Positions 30,844-41,444 of a stretch of DNA of 64,000 nucleotides are shown piece by piece. The stretch's first letter is position 1. The number at the start of each line of letters is the position of its first letter. The stretch lies in contig OZ244999.1 of NCBI GenBank assembly GCA_965223265.1, positions 6,752,001-6,816,000 of the forward strand, in the 5' to 3' direction. The translations under genes were made by a program, and so were the position numbers. The notes beneath the pieces are model-generated. The model had not been told where the DNA came from, searched no databases, and saw only the letters and a list, made by a program, of their open reading frames with translations. Source of the DNA: Planctomycetota bacterium. GTDB taxonomy: Bacteria > Planctomycetota > UBA8108 > SXIK01.

Positions 30844-32286
30844 TCACGAGCAGGCTATCGACCCGCCCTCGCAGCCGAGCTCGTCTGCGGTGGGATCCAC
30901 GCCGGGCATCAGGGGGCCGGGCGTCGGCGGCTCCGGCTGTGCCGGCACGAAGAGATACTCAAGCAGGAAGACGATGTCGCTGGCATCAAGACGGCCGTCG
31001 TCGTTGGCGTCGCAAGCGTCCTCGCACGGCGCCAAGAACTTCTGCTCACCCTCGAGGAAGATGAAACCAGCTGCCGCGGCCGCGTCTGAGATATCGATCG
31101 CCATCCCAGTCATGCCGGAGAAATTGCAATCGCCGCGGACGAATTCCTGGCGCTGCGTCACGCAGACATCGCAGTCGAATAGCTCCACTGGTCGTGCCTC
31201 AAAGTCGACGGAAATCAGGTTCTTGACGGCGACGCCATCGTTTGCTTCCTCACCATCGGTGAAACGAAGCGGCAGGCACTCACCGCAAAAAGCGTCTTCG
31301 CCGACGCGGAAGTCGACGGAGAAGAGCTTCGCGAATCCGGCAGCCGCCGGCAGCGTGCGGCCGTCAAACGGCGGGTTCGAATCGATCAAGATTCCCATGG
31401 TCAGGCCACAGCCATCGCCGTCGGTGCTTGAATTGTCGTTGTCGATCACGAGATTGACGAACTCCGCTTCGGACGATTCAAGCGCCGTTCCCGTCGTGTT
31501 GAGGGATTCAGGGATCGCGCTCAGGGCGCAGTCGTAGCGCACGGACATTGAGAGCCCCTGAACAGGGTCGGCCGACCGGTAATAGAAGTTCACAGTCGTC
31601 GTCCCGCCCAGTTCGGCTTCGAGCGGGCTCGGCGAGCCGGCGGCGTCAAGTTCTCCGCCGCACGCGAACGCAGCCTCACCACCACCGGTTGGCGAGCAAA
31701 CGAAAGCACCATGACGCAGCGTCAAGCCGCCATTCTCTTGCCAAACGAACTCGCCGAAGACGAGGAGCGTATTGAACACGCTTACGGCGGGATCGCCGAT
31801 CTGAATCTGCTCGTCGACAAGCGTGATCGCATGTTCTTGAGGGCCGGCGGCATCGGTGGCAAGGCAGCGGATCTGCGCTTCACCGACTTCGAAGTTGTCC
31901 CCTGCTGGGATCTTTTCGCAGTCAGCGCTGTCCGCATCCATGCTGACGCCGAAGATCATCGATCCATCCGACACCTGGGTGACGACGAGATCTGCGCTTT
32001 CTAGCAATTCGCCAGGCCCATCCCGTGGCACGAGCGCCTCGCCCCTCCCACTAGACTCGTCCCAAGTCATGGCGATCACAAAACCGTGAAACGGCTCGTC
32101 CGAGCTGATCAAGATCGGCACGCTCGCGACCTCGCCGGGGGCCGCCTCGCCGCGTCCGACCGTGATGGCGTTCTCCCCTCGTACACGCGCACCGCAGAGC
32201 GCAATGATCGATACGGCAGCCGCTACGAGAGGCCGTCTACTAAGGCGACGATTCAAAACACGCACCCGAAAGGAATCCTTGACCAT
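30844..32286 (-). CDS. Secreted protein with two cohesin-like domains and C-terminal dockerin-like domain
   Basis: Signal peptide; beta-rich units (GEVASVPILISSDEPFHGFVIAMTWD; GTTTVNFYYRSADPVQGLSMSVRYD); tail FVRGDCN...DISDA...ACDANDDGRLDASD..LL.YLF...PGVDPT.D.LGC. Confidence 0.75.
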   Translation of the reverse strand: MVKDSFRVRVLNRRLSRRPLVAAAVSIIALCGARVRGENAITVGRGEAAPGEVASVPILISSDEPFHGFVIAMTWDESSGRGEALVPRDGPGELLESADLVVTQVSDGSMIFGVSMDADSADCEKIPAGDNFEVGEAQIRCLATDAAGPQEHAITLVDEQIQIGDPAVSVFNTLLVFGEFVWQENGGLTLRHGAFVCSPTGGGEAAFACGGELDAAGSPSPLEAELGGTTTVNFYYRSADPVQGLSMSVRYDCALSAIPESLNTTGTALESSEAEFVNLVIDNDNSSTDGDGCGLTMGILIDSNPPFDGRTLPAAAGFAKLFSVDFRVGEDAFCGECLPLRFTDGEEANDGVAVKNLISVDFEARPVELFDCDVCVTQRQEFVRGDCNFSGMTGMAIDISDAAAAAGFIFLEGEQKFLAPCEDACDANDDGRLDASDIVFLLEYLFVPAQPEPPTPGPLMPGVDPTADELGCEGGSIACS

Positions 32287-32694
32287 AGCCGTCGTCTGAC
32301 GCTCTACCTATGTCTTCATTTCTGTTCGATGTCGTCGGGGAACCCCGCGGCTCACGCGTGCCCAGAAGACACCGCTTCGAGATCGCAACATGCCATTGCA
32401 ATCATCGCATCGGTGGGGATCAACCGGAGCATGAGACCTGAAACTGGTACGCCGGCCAGGCCAGGGGGCGCGCGTCCCGCCTGGAAACCGCCAACCGACT
32501 CTCGCCATTCTATTGGACACCTTCGTTAGATGCTATTGCGTAACCATTTAGGAAAATGTTAGTGACCCATCGAAGTAGAAAAACTACTTGCCAATGGAGG
32601 ATTTCACTCCGCTGCAGCGTCGACGCCCTAGAATCATTACAGGGGCACGAGAACGCCTGACGAAAAGAAGTTCACGACAAGAGGATCACACCAC

Positions 32695-33531
32695 ATGTTC
32701 GGTTCTTACCATTTGACTCGCATCCGCGGCATTCCGATCCGTATCCATGGGTCACTCGTGCTGTTCGTGCTGGTGATCGCGGCCTTGTGGGGAAGCGCCG
32801 GCGGCCTCGCCGGCGTCGTCACTCACCTGGCCTTCCTTGCCTCGCTCTACCTCTTCGTGCTGCTCCACGAACTCGGCCACGCGGTGGTGGCCCAGCGGCA
32901 CGGCATCTCCGTGCCCTCGATCACGCTTTACCCGATCGGCGGGATCGCGGCGCTCTCCCACATCCCGAAGGATTCCAAGACCGAGCTGAAGATCGCGCTG
33001 GCAGGCCCAGCGGTCAACGTCGTCCTAGCGGCAGCTCTCGGCCTAATGCTCGCGATGCTGGCGGCGGTTAGCGGGCTAGGGACGGGTTCTTTCGCAGCGA
33101 GCGTCCTGCCGCAGCTCATGTATCTGAACGTCGGCTTAGCCATCTTCAACATGCTCCCAGCGTTTCCCCTCGACGGTGGTAGAGTCTTGAGAGCTCTGCT
33201 GGCGATGCGCCTCCCCCACGCACGAGCTACCCGCATCGCGGCCAGGACAGGGCAAGCTCTGGCAATCGCCATGGGGGTTCTCGGCGTCATCAGCGGCCAC
33301 CTCATGCTCGTCGTGATCGCGATGTTTCTTTTTTTGACCCAAAACGCAACTTTGGCCTCCCAGCCGGCCCCAGCGAGCTCGCTAACGGCGACGCTGCAGG
33401 CGGCGGCTCAGGCGCGCCAGGCTGCACGCCAGGGCCGGACGCCGCCGCGCCCGAATTCAACGTATAGCGACTTGATCGTCGAAGTCGGACCTGACGGCGA
33501 GGTGAACACGTTTCGGCGCTGGCCAAGGTAG
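32695..33531 (+). CDS. Site-2 protease (peptidase M50)
   Basis: HELGH zinc motif, LAGPAVN, FNMLPAFPLDGGR. Confidence 0.93.
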   Translation: MFGSYHLTRIRGIPIRIHGSLVLFVLVIAALWGSAGGLAGVVTHLAFLASLYLFVLLHELGHAVVAQRHGISVPSITLYPIGGIAALSHIPKDSKTELKIALAGPAVNVVLAAALGLMLAMLAAVSGLGTGSFAASVLPQLMYLNVGLAIFNMLPAFPLDGGRVLRALLAMRLPHARATRIAARTGQALAIAMGVLGVISGHLMLVVIAMFLFLTQNATLASQPAPASSLTATLQAAAQARQAARQGRTPPRPNSTYSDLIVEVGPDGEVNTFRRWPR

Positions 33532-33804
33532 AATCGCACCCCTATCCACGCCGCAACCGAGCCCCGAGGGGAGCCAGACGCGGCCCCTTTCACCCTTGCG
33601 AGCGCTCGGCGAGTATGGTACGAAAGCCCTTCCGATTCGACCGCCATCCACAGTCTCCTGTGGCGGCGGAGGAGGTCCCTGCCGAGTCCCGTGGGGCGAG
33701 CTGCGGATGGCCTCAGCGGACGCGACCCACAGCGGGAGAGCCGCAGGTGCCCCCTCAACGGCGAATCGGTCGAACCTCGAATCTACACAGGAGAGGGTCC
33801 TCTC

Positions 33805-34119
33805 ATGAGCCGTGTCTGCCAGGTAACCGGACGCCGCACCAGTGTCGGCAATCACTACACGCGCCGTGGTCTCGCCAAGGCCAAGGGTGGCGTCGGCAAA
33901 AAGACAACCGGCATCGCGCGCCGCAAATTCAAGATCAATCTGCAGTGGAAGCGGATCTGGGTGCCCGAGGTGAAGCGCTACGTCCGCGTCCGTCTCTCCA
34001 CACAGGCGCTCCGCAACATCAGCAAGAACGGCGCTTACAAGACGCTCGTCGGTGCCGGCATCATCAAGCCGACGCGGTCGCGGAAGAAAAAGAAGAAGGC
34101 CCAATCCGCAAACGCTTGA
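33805..34119 (+). CDS. rpmB: 50S ribosomal protein L28
   Basis: MSRVCQVTGRRT..GN...RRKFKINLQWKRIW...RLSTQALRNI.K.G. Confidence 0.95.
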   Translation: MSRVCQVTGRRTSVGNHYTRRGLAKAKGGVGKKTTGIARRKFKINLQWKRIWVPEVKRYVRVRLSTQALRNISKNGAYKTLVGAGIIKPTRSRKKKKKAQSANA

Positions 34120-34257
34120 GCCGACGTGCCCCGCGCCGCGAAAACGCCGCGGCTCTGAACGCCGACCACGCCGCCTCACGGCCGTTCACACCGTGGAGTC
34201 CAGCAGTGGTCAGGCCATGAAGCCGGCGCGTCAAATTGCGAAATCTGAAACGCTGTC

Positions 34258-34295
34258 AACGCCCCTTGGATCCCCTCCGAGGGGCGTTTTTCTTT
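34258..34295 (+). terminator. Intrinsic terminator after rpmB
   Basis: AACGCCCCTTGGA-TCCCC-TCCGAGGGGCGTT followed by TTTCTTT. Confidence 0.75.
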
Positions 34296-34342
34296 GGCCG
34301 CGCCGCGGCTCTCGCGTCAGTCACGGCGAAAAACCGTTTTAC

Positions 34343-34963
34343 TTGGAGACACCAGACGACGTCTCAAATGAAAACGGACGACGGGACCAAAGTTTGGACG
34401 CACGGATCCTCCAACAGGCCCAGAGCGGAGACGAACGCGCCATCGAGACTGTCCTGCGTCGAGTGACGCCGCGCTTGCTCCCACTCGCCAGACACCTGAC
34501 GGCGAACCCGACGGCAGCGGAGGAGCTCGTCGAGGATGCGCTCTACCGTGGCGCTCTGAAACTCAAGGAACTCCGACATGCACACGCTCTCAACTCGTGG
34601 TTTCGCACCATCCTCCTGCGGCTGTGGCGGGACGCCCTGCGGCGGAGCGCCCGGGAGCGGAAGAGAGGTGACCGCCCACTCGACAGCAGCGACGACTCGA
34701 TCCTTCCAGCCGCGCCGCGTAGCTCTCAGCCTGAAGCGATCGCGGAAGCAACCGAGACGCATGATCTCATCGCGCGCGCCATCGACGAGCTGCCGCCGCT
34801 GCAGCGCGCTGTCGTCAAACTTACGTTCGAGTCGTCGCTCAGCGTCAGTGAGATCGCGGCGGTTCTGGAGACGTCTGCCGACCGCGTCAAGGCGAACCTA
34901 TGGCACGCACGACACCGTCTGCGCGGGCGCCTCAAGGGCATCGTCGGCAACGACATCGATTGA
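34343..34963 (+). CDS. ECF-family RNA polymerase sigma factor (start uncertain)
   Basis: Region 2 (AEELVEDA, SWFRTI) and region 4 (LPPLQRAVV, SVSEIAAVL, VKANLWHARHRLR). Confidence 0.88.
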   Translation: METPDDVSNENGRRDQSLDARILQQAQSGDERAIETVLRRVTPRLLPLARHLTANPTAAEELVEDALYRGALKLKELRHAHALNSWFRTILLRLWRDALRRSARERKRGDRPLDSSDDSILPAAPRSSQPEAIAEATETHDLIARAIDELPPLQRAVVKLTFESSLSVSEIAAVLETSADRVKANLWHARHRLRGRLKGIVGNDID

Positions 34964-34990
34964 ACTTGCAGGCAGAAAGAAGTTGATTCC

Positions 34991-36829
34991 ATGAAACGAA
35001 ACGAGCCGGTCGGGTCGCAACCAGAGAACGACCCGCTCGACGCTTTGCTGGCGCGGGAGCTGCGCCGGGCCACGGGAGTTGGTCCGGATGTCCGTCCAGG
35101 CGAAGCCTCCGCCCCAGGAAGAGACGCAGAAGTCACGGCAGAAGCCATCGACCGCGTCGTCGGACGTGCCATGGATCGCGTGCGGCAGCACCGCGCCCGC
35201 GAACGCGAGCCGCGCCGTGGGCGGCGACGTTTCTACGCGGCCGCGGCAGCAGCGGCGCTCGTCGCAGCGGCACTGGTGGCGGCCATCGTTCGTAACGAGC
35301 GGTCACAAGCTCCGCCGCCGCCGCTTGTTGACGACCGGAACCAAACCGCAGAACCGAAGCGGGAAAATCCACCGAGCCGCGACAAGGCGTACGGCGCGAA
35401 CGACTCGTCGTCGAGTCTCGCCGATGTCCTAGAACGCCCGCATCGTGACCGAAGAGAGCTTCTCAAGCGAATCCGCCGGGACGCTCCAGCTTCGTTTGCA
35501 GAGCTGGAAGAGCTCGTTCTGTCGGGACCGCGTGACGCGGCGATCGAAGCCGCGTGGCTCCTCGCCCGAGCCCGCTCGGGCGCCGCGGATCGGCGGATCG
35601 CCGAACTCCTGCACCGCGTCGCTGATCACGAGGTGGCGATGGCCACCCTGTCGGCGCTTGCCGAACGGCGCGACGGCGCAGCGACGGAACTACTGAGCAC
35701 ACTGTTCGCCGACGAGCGAGCTGCAGGACATCTCAAGCGCTTCCTTGCCGGCGGGGCGCGAAGCGAACGCGTCGTCGACATCGCGTGTACCTCACCGCTC
35801 GTCGAGTTGCGGACGCTGGCCATCTCACTTCTCTCCGTCACCGCGCCCGCGCGTGCGGCCGAGCGAGTGTGGACTGAACTCATGGACCACTATGCAGACG
35901 CATCGAGGACACCGTCCGCCGACGCAGGCAACGAAGTTGGCGCCGGTGGTGCCGACGCTGTGGCGTTTCTTCGCACTGCGCTCCCGGCGCTTTCGTCGAC
36001 ATCGCGAAATCAGCTCGCTCGACTCGTTCGTGGCGACTCGTTGAGAGCGAGCGTTCGGGCGCAGCGCGGCTGCTCCGGAGAACGCCTCGCTCGCTGGCTT
36101 GCCGCGGCACGCCTGGCCGAGTCTTGGCCTCTTCTCGCAGCGCTGCTCGAGGTCGAGCGCCCCACCGCCGCCCTGATCGCGGCCGCGGGCGCTTCGCATG
36201 ACCTGCGGGCCCTCGCCTACCTCGAGCGCTTCGTCCATTTGGACGACGCCAGGGGCACCGCGGCAATTCACGCCATCGCCAGGCTGCCAGGACGCACAGC
36301 GCTCGAGCGATTGACCAAGACCTACCATCTCAAGCGCGGCGCCGGTGCCCTGTCTTCCGCTGCGATCGCCGCCCTCACCAGCGCGCTCCGCAGCCGCGGC
36401 AACGAGACGCTCGAGCACCTTGACCACCAGCTGGCGCGCGGCGCGCGTGAAGAAGCGATCGACCTCCTCGTCGACGTTTTTCCAGACGCGGCAACGCCGC
36501 GGCTCGTCGCGCTCATCGACGATGAAGGCGAACTGCGCGATCGGATTGTGCGCGGAATCGTCGTCAGGTCGCTCGGCCGTCTGCGAACACCGCAGGCCAT
36601 CGGCGCACTCCTCGACGCGCTCGATGAACCCAGACTAGCGACCGACGCGCACGCAGCTCTCCGCCGCCTGACGCAGCGCGATTTCGGCCGCAACCCGGAT
36701 GCATGGAAGCGGTGGCTGCGCGCCAGCGACCTGCTGCCGCCGGTCGACGCGGAATCAAGAAATCGAAACATGAACCCTGAATCGACCGTAGCTCTCAAGA
36801 CCGCCCTTTGGGCGCAGGAGGAAGCATGA
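34991..36829 (+). CDS. Putative membrane-anchored anti-sigma factor with HEAT/PBS-like repeats
   Basis: Directly after ECF sigma; RRRF plus Ala-rich TM helix; C-terminal ALRRLTQRDFGRNPDAWKRW helical-repeat cap. Confidence 0.65.
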   Translation: MKRNEPVGSQPENDPLDALLARELRRATGVGPDVRPGEASAPGRDAEVTAEAIDRVVGRAMDRVRQHRAREREPRRGRRRFYAAAAAAALVAAALVAAIVRNERSQAPPPPLVDDRNQTAEPKRENPPSRDKAYGANDSSSSLADVLERPHRDRRELLKRIRRDAPASFAELEELVLSGPRDAAIEAAWLLARARSGAADRRIAELLHRVADHEVAMATLSALAERRDGAATELLSTLFADERAAGHLKRFLAGGARSERVVDIACTSPLVELRTLAISLLSVTAPARAAERVWTELMDHYADASRTPSADAGNEVGAGGADAVAFLRTALPALSSTSRNQLARLVRGDSLRASVRAQRGCSGERLARWLAAARLAESWPLLAALLEVERPTAALIAAAGASHDLRALAYLERFVHLDDARGTAAIHAIARLPGRTALERLTKTYHLKRGAGALSSAAIAALTSALRSRGNETLEHLDHQLARGAREEAIDLLVDVFPDAATPRLVALIDDEGELRDRIVRGIVVRSLGRLRTPQAIGALLDALDEPRLATDAHAALRRLTQRDFGRNPDAWKRWLRASDLLPPVDAESRNRNMNPESTVALKTALWAQEEA

Positions 36830-38754
36830 AGCTTCGCAGTTTCGCATTTCGCCTCGTCGCACTCAGCTCTATCGCTGCCGCGGGACCAACTTTCCTCGTC
36901 GCAGAATCGCCCGAGGATGAAACCGTCCGCAGCTACGACTTCCGCACGCTCGTGCGTTCGCTGCCGCACGCGCGCACCTTTCTGAAGCCCTATGGGCCGC
37001 TGCTCTCAGTCTCACCAGGGTCCCAGATCCAGAACAACGAGCATGAAACGCTAGGGATCCTCCAAGACCCCCAGGTCGGAGAGTCCATCATCTTTTCTCA
37101 TTCTTCTCGAGCTTCGATGTCGATGCCGGGGCACGCAGCCCCAGCGATCCATGCGGAAGCCGTGCCAGGCTCGGTCTCTCGCTACCTGCAACTCATGGGC
37201 CTGATCGACGAAGCCGATGAGTTCTCAGAGCGGAACGTGGTCTTCGCTGCCGGCATCCTTCAAATCAAGGGGAGCGCTGCAATCCATACGGCGGTCGAGG
37301 CCTTTGTTCAGCGGCTCGAAAGGCTGGCGCACACGATGGTTCAAGTGGAGTGCCTCCTCGTACCGCCAGCAGTCGCAGGAGAGATTCTCGGCGATACCAC
37401 GGACCAGCACACGCTGGACGATGCGGGATTCGAGCGGGCTCTCGCCCATTCCCAGACCCGCCTCTTCACCGCCAACTGCCGCAGCGGTCAACGGATCGCC
37501 ACCGGCACGACGGACGCGGAGATGGTCCAGACCGACTTCGAGGTCAATCAAACCGGCGTGATTCCAGTGATCAATCCCGTTGTCACCGTCCCGCCGCAGG
37601 GAGAGCGTCTCGAGGTCTATCCGCTCGTCCTCGCGGACGGTCGCATCTTCCTCGAGATCGTCGTCGGTCGCCTCGGGTTGACGGTAGGCCAGATGGGGAT
37701 CGGCGGCGGCCTCGGAAACCTCGATCGCCCAGTGCGAAGGGAAACGCTGTTCTCTGCCAGCTTGGTGATCGCCAACCGTGAGACGGTCGTCGCGGGAGAA
37801 GTCGGCACAGAGAACGGTTTCGTCGTCCTCGTCAGATCAAACGTGTGGCCGGCCGCAGGGACGTCAACGGACGACTCATTCGACGAGGTCGTGTTCGCCG
37901 ATCGTACGCCGTTCCAGCGTCTATGGCCGGCCCGGGAGTGGCCCCAACTCCACACACACCGGACCTTCGCCGTCAACGTCGAGGAGTCTCGAGAGGTGCC
38001 GCAGTTCTCTCTGTTCCTGGATTCTATCGACGAAGAAGACGAGGCTCGGGATCTACTGTCGGGGATCGAGTCGATGATGGTCCCCGTCCCGCGCGAGCTG
38101 GCGCCAAAGCTGGCAGAATTCACGCGCAGAGAGACCGCGAAACTGGCTCAGACGGCTCGGATCGACCTGCGCCTGGCGCGCGTCTCGCGCCAAACGTTCG
38201 CTCAGCTGCGAAACCAGGTCAAAGACGGCGAGTCGCTTCCGGGCGACTGGCTCAAGAAGGTCGAGCGGACTGCCGGCGCCGAAGTGCAGAGGTTTCGCAT
38301 CGTTGGCGCCGCCGGTGAAGTGCACGCGCTCCGTGACGCCGAGTTGAGCACGTTCGTCACCGACGTTGTACAGGTATCTGGCGGCACCGGGTTTGCCATC
38401 ATCGAAGTGGGCGATCCCGTGACGCAAGAAGCCGGTTCAGGAATGGAACTGCGCGTGCGCGCTGATCTGCAGGTCGACGCGGACCGAGCGTTTCTCCAAA
38501 TCGACGGCGCCGAGGCAACGATCACGGCCACGCGCAAGGTGGTGACTGAGTATACGGTGGTTTCCGTAGCCAGCTCCAAGCCACTTCAGGAGCTTCAGCC
38601 GGTGAAGCGCACTCTCCTTCTGCCGCGCCAAGAAACGCGGCGCTGGGACATCCGCCGCACGCTCCCGCTCGACCGCTGGATCATCCTGCACAGCGACGTT
38701 AAGCAAGGGGATCAGGCACACCTCCTCATCGGACGTGTGCGCGCAGAAGGGTGA
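36826..38754 (+). CDS. Secreted protein with tandem secretin-like domains
   Basis: Signal peptide, SYDFRTLV, two segments resembling secretin beta-domain (TDFEV..VINPVV...GERLEVYP; FVTDV..VGDPVT...GMELRVR); ATGA overlap with the upstream gene. Confidence 0.5.
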   Translation: MKLRSFAFRLVALSSIAAAGPTFLVAESPEDETVRSYDFRTLVRSLPHARTFLKPYGPLLSVSPGSQIQNNEHETLGILQDPQVGESIIFSHSSRASMSMPGHAAPAIHAEAVPGSVSRYLQLMGLIDEADEFSERNVVFAAGILQIKGSAAIHTAVEAFVQRLERLAHTMVQVECLLVPPAVAGEILGDTTDQHTLDDAGFERALAHSQTRLFTANCRSGQRIATGTTDAEMVQTDFEVNQTGVIPVINPVVTVPPQGERLEVYPLVLADGRIFLEIVVGRLGLTVGQMGIGGGLGNLDRPVRRETLFSASLVIANRETVVAGEVGTENGFVVLVRSNVWPAAGTSTDDSFDEVVFADRTPFQRLWPAREWPQLHTHRTFAVNVEESREVPQFSLFLDSIDEEDEARDLLSGIESMMVPVPRELAPKLAEFTRRETAKLAQTARIDLRLARVSRQTFAQLRNQVKDGESLPGDWLKKVERTAGAEVQRFRIVGAAGEVHALRDAELSTFVTDVVQVSGGTGFAIIEVGDPVTQEAGSGMELRVRADLQVDADRAFLQIDGAEATITATRKVVTEYTVVSVASSKPLQELQPVKRTLLLPRQETRRWDIRRTLPLDRWIILHSDVKQGDQAHLLIGRVRAEG

Positions 38755-38997
38755 CGTGATCTTGCCTCGAGTTTGGCCATTCGGTGCACGAAAGTAGCAG
38801 CGCACGCCGAGGCGGTGAATTCTTCAGACGTGACGGCGCAACTCGCAGTCGCAGTCCACGGCCACGGCCGGACGACACACGACGTTGCCTGCTCCCTTCG
38901 GACGGTCTTCCTTCGTTGACTTGGTTTCCTTCTGTTCAACGCTTCTTCTGATCTCTTGAATCTTGAACAGAAGCAAACACCGCGCGGCGCGCGCCCG

Positions 38998-39945
38998 TCA
39001 CACAACCAGCACCGGCCGACTCGACTCACGGATGAGCGCCAGTACCTGCTGATAGCCCGTGACGACGCGCTTCTGCGGGCAGCCGGTGACAATGACGCAC
39101 GGTCGCTCTTTCGCGACGCCCGCGACCACTGGCACCGGCTCGCCGACGCGGAACGACACGTGGCAACCGAGGTCGTGATGCGCCGCGTGACGCTGCAGCG
39201 CAGCGATCAGGCCGGCGTGCTCCTTGTTCTCCAGTCCGCGCAGCGTTCCCTCGTCGAGCTCGCGCGCATCGACGTCACCGCCGAGCAGATGACTTGCCGA
39301 TTCGAGAACTTGTGCATCCGCCACGATCAGCAGTCGCACACCGCCTGAAGCAGCGACGAGCCGGAGCGCCCAGCCCGCAGCCTTGACGTTCTCCTCGTCG
39401 TGAAAGGTCACCGGCAGGAGTACATGCTCAAGCGCCTCTGCGACATCGTCCAGGGGTTCGCGCACCACAAGCACAGGAACCTTGCTGCGGTAGAGAAGCA
39501 TGTCGAGGTTGGTGCCGACGCTCTCGCGGCCGAGGACGCGGAGATCGTCGAGATACGGCGAACACACGAGGATCAAATCGCACCGCTCGCGCTCGCCCAC
39601 CTCGAGGATCTTTTCAAAGGACTTCTTTTGTGTTGAGTGTGCTGCCTGGACAGTCACACGCTCGTTCGCTTCCAGTCGCTTCGCCAGCTCGTCACAGCGC
39701 TCCTCGAGGTATCTCTCAGACGCTTCATCGCGTTCGCCTTCGTAGGCATAAACCACATGCAGCGACGCATCGTGGCGACGCACGATCTCGACGGCGATCG
39801 CCTCGACGGTCGCGTCTTGATTCGATTGATCGAGCGCCATCAAGACCCGCTCGATCGCTGGCTCCTCGATGCGCACCTCGCGAGCCTCGAGCGCCGCCTC
39901 GAAGGCACTCATACTCTCTCTCAGATCAGCGTCTGTGTCGGCCAT
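38998..39945 (-). CDS. Universal stress protein (tandem USP domains)
   Basis: RVLMALDQS, CDLILV, SVGT..DMLL..SKVPVLVVR, LIRESSRPVLVV. Confidence 0.88.
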   Translation of the reverse strand: MADTDADLRESMSAFEAALEAREVRIEEPAIERVLMALDQSNQDATVEAIAVEIVRRHDASLHVVYAYEGERDEASERYLEERCDELAKRLEANERVTVQAAHSTQKKSFEKILEVGERERCDLILVCSPYLDDLRVLGRESVGTNLDMLLYRSKVPVLVVREPLDDVAEALEHVLLPVTFHDEENVKAAGWALRLVAASGGVRLLIVADAQVLESASHLLGGDVDARELDEGTLRGLENKEHAGLIAALQRHAAHHDLGCHVSFRVGEPVPVVAGVAKERPCVIVTGCPQKRVVTGYQQVLALIRESSRPVLVV

Positions 39946-40022
39946 GTCGCAGCCTCAACGGGTCACAGGCACTCATCGGTGCCAACAGGGAGCCCAAAGG
40001 TCACCTCTCCATCGCCGCGCGG

Positions 40023-41444
40023 TCAAGAGCCGCTCAGCGAGGGGAAGAGCCCGAATTTGTAGAACAGATAGATATAGCCGATGACGAGAAGAATCTGCAG
40101 CACCGTTACCGCGCCGCCGACCTTGAGGTACTCGCCCCAGCCGATCTTGATGCGCCGCTCCTTCTCGAGCGCGTGGAGCGCAATCACCGCGGAAATGCTG
40201 CCGACGGGCGTCGGGTTGCCGCCGAGGTTGCACGCGCCGATGAGCCCCCACCAGAGTGGTTCGGCCGCAAGCCCTTGGGCGATCATCGATTTGACGACGG
40301 GGATCATCGTAGCGGCGACCGGAATGTTGTCGACCAGACCGCTCAATATGAAAGCGAATGGCACAATGACCACGACAGCAAGGACGACGTTGTCGCCGGA
40401 GATCGTATAGATCTGGGAGGCCAGGAGATCGAGCAGGCCGGTCTCGCGGACGGTGCCAATGATCACAAAGAGCCCGACGAAAAACATGATCACCGGCCAT
40501 TTGACCTTCTTAATGGCCTCTTCGGCGTCAAATCCTGAAAAAAGGAGCGCTGCTGTGCCCCCAAGAACAGCAATGAAGTCGAGCCCAACGCCGAGCTGCT
40601 GCGCCGTGGCGAAGCCGATGATCGTCACACCGAGAATCCCAGCCGAGCGGTAGAAGATCGACCGGTCGCGCACGAGCGCCCACTCGTCGAACTCAGCGAC
40701 CTTGCGCGCCCGTGCCGCCAAGTCCTCGGCGCCGCTCAGGGAACGCCGGTAGATCCAGCGAACCACAAAAAACGCCACCACGGCCGAAATCAGTGCCAGC
40801 GGCATGGAAACGACTAAGAAATGAAGGTAGGGAATCTCCGCGCTGGTACCAATCATGAGCGTCGGGATGCCGGAGGCGAACGTCATGAGCGCGCCCGAGT
40901 TGGCGCCGATCGCAACAGCGATGATGTACGGCTTTGGGTCGTCCTCAAGCTCACGCGTGATCACCAGCACGAGCGACGACATGATGAGCACACCGGGAGC
41001 AATCGTGAGAAACGTCACGAAGAGAATCGTCGCGCCCATGATCGCCGGAAAAAGGCGCGAGGGCGCGCCGCCGGTCGCCTTGACGAGACGAACAGCAAGA
41101 AAGTGAAAGAGACCCGAGTGGCCGGCGATCTCGACGAGGATGCTCGTCCCGACGATCACTCCGAGGACGCCAAGATCATGCTCGATGAAGTGATGCACCG
41201 CCGCGTAAGGGACATCACCATGATAAACACCGAGAACGAGAGCCAGAATCACCGACACCACGGCACCGAGCAGCGCCGCGACGGTCTTGTGGAGGACCTC
41301 GAACGCGATGAGACTGAACGTCGCCACGAGCACAATTCCCATGAGGATCATGGGGAGTACCGGTGGATCGCCAACCTGCACTTCGCCTCCGGCTGCGGCG
41401 AGCAGAGGCAAGGCGCCCACCAGGGGTGCGATCGTCGTCACCAT
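40023..41444 (-). CDS. ArsB/NhaD/SLC13-family ion transporter
   Basis: About 12 TM segments; ANSGALMT..SGIP, LSGLVDNIP, NLGGNPTPVGS. Confidence 0.85.
   Translation of the reverse strand: MVTTIAPLVGALPLLAAAGGEVQVGDPPVLPMILMGIVLVATFSLIAFEVLHKTVAALLGAVVSVILALVLGVYHGDVPYAAVHHFIEHDLGVLGVIVGTSILVEIAGHSGLFHFLAVRLVKATGGAPSRLFPAIMGATILFVTFLTIAPGVLIMSSLVLVITRELEDDPKPYIIAVAIGANSGALMTFASGIPTLMIGTSAEIPYLHFLVVSMPLALISAVVAFFVVRWIYRRSLSGAEDLAARARKVAEFDEWALVRDRSIFYRSAGILGVTIIGFATAQQLGVGLDFIAVLGGTAALLFSGFDAEEAIKKVKWPVIMFFVGLFVIIGTVRETGLLDLLASQIYTISGDNVVLAVVVIVPFAFILSGLVDNIPVAATMIPVVKSMIAQGLAAEPLWWGLIGACNLGGNPTPVGSISAVIALHALEKERRIKIGWGEYLKVGGAVTVLQILLVIGYIYLFYKFGLFPSLSGS

Noticed and set aside
34052-34342. N-terminal extension of the ECF sigma ORF
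   Set aside because: Overlaps rpmB and spans its intrinsic terminator.
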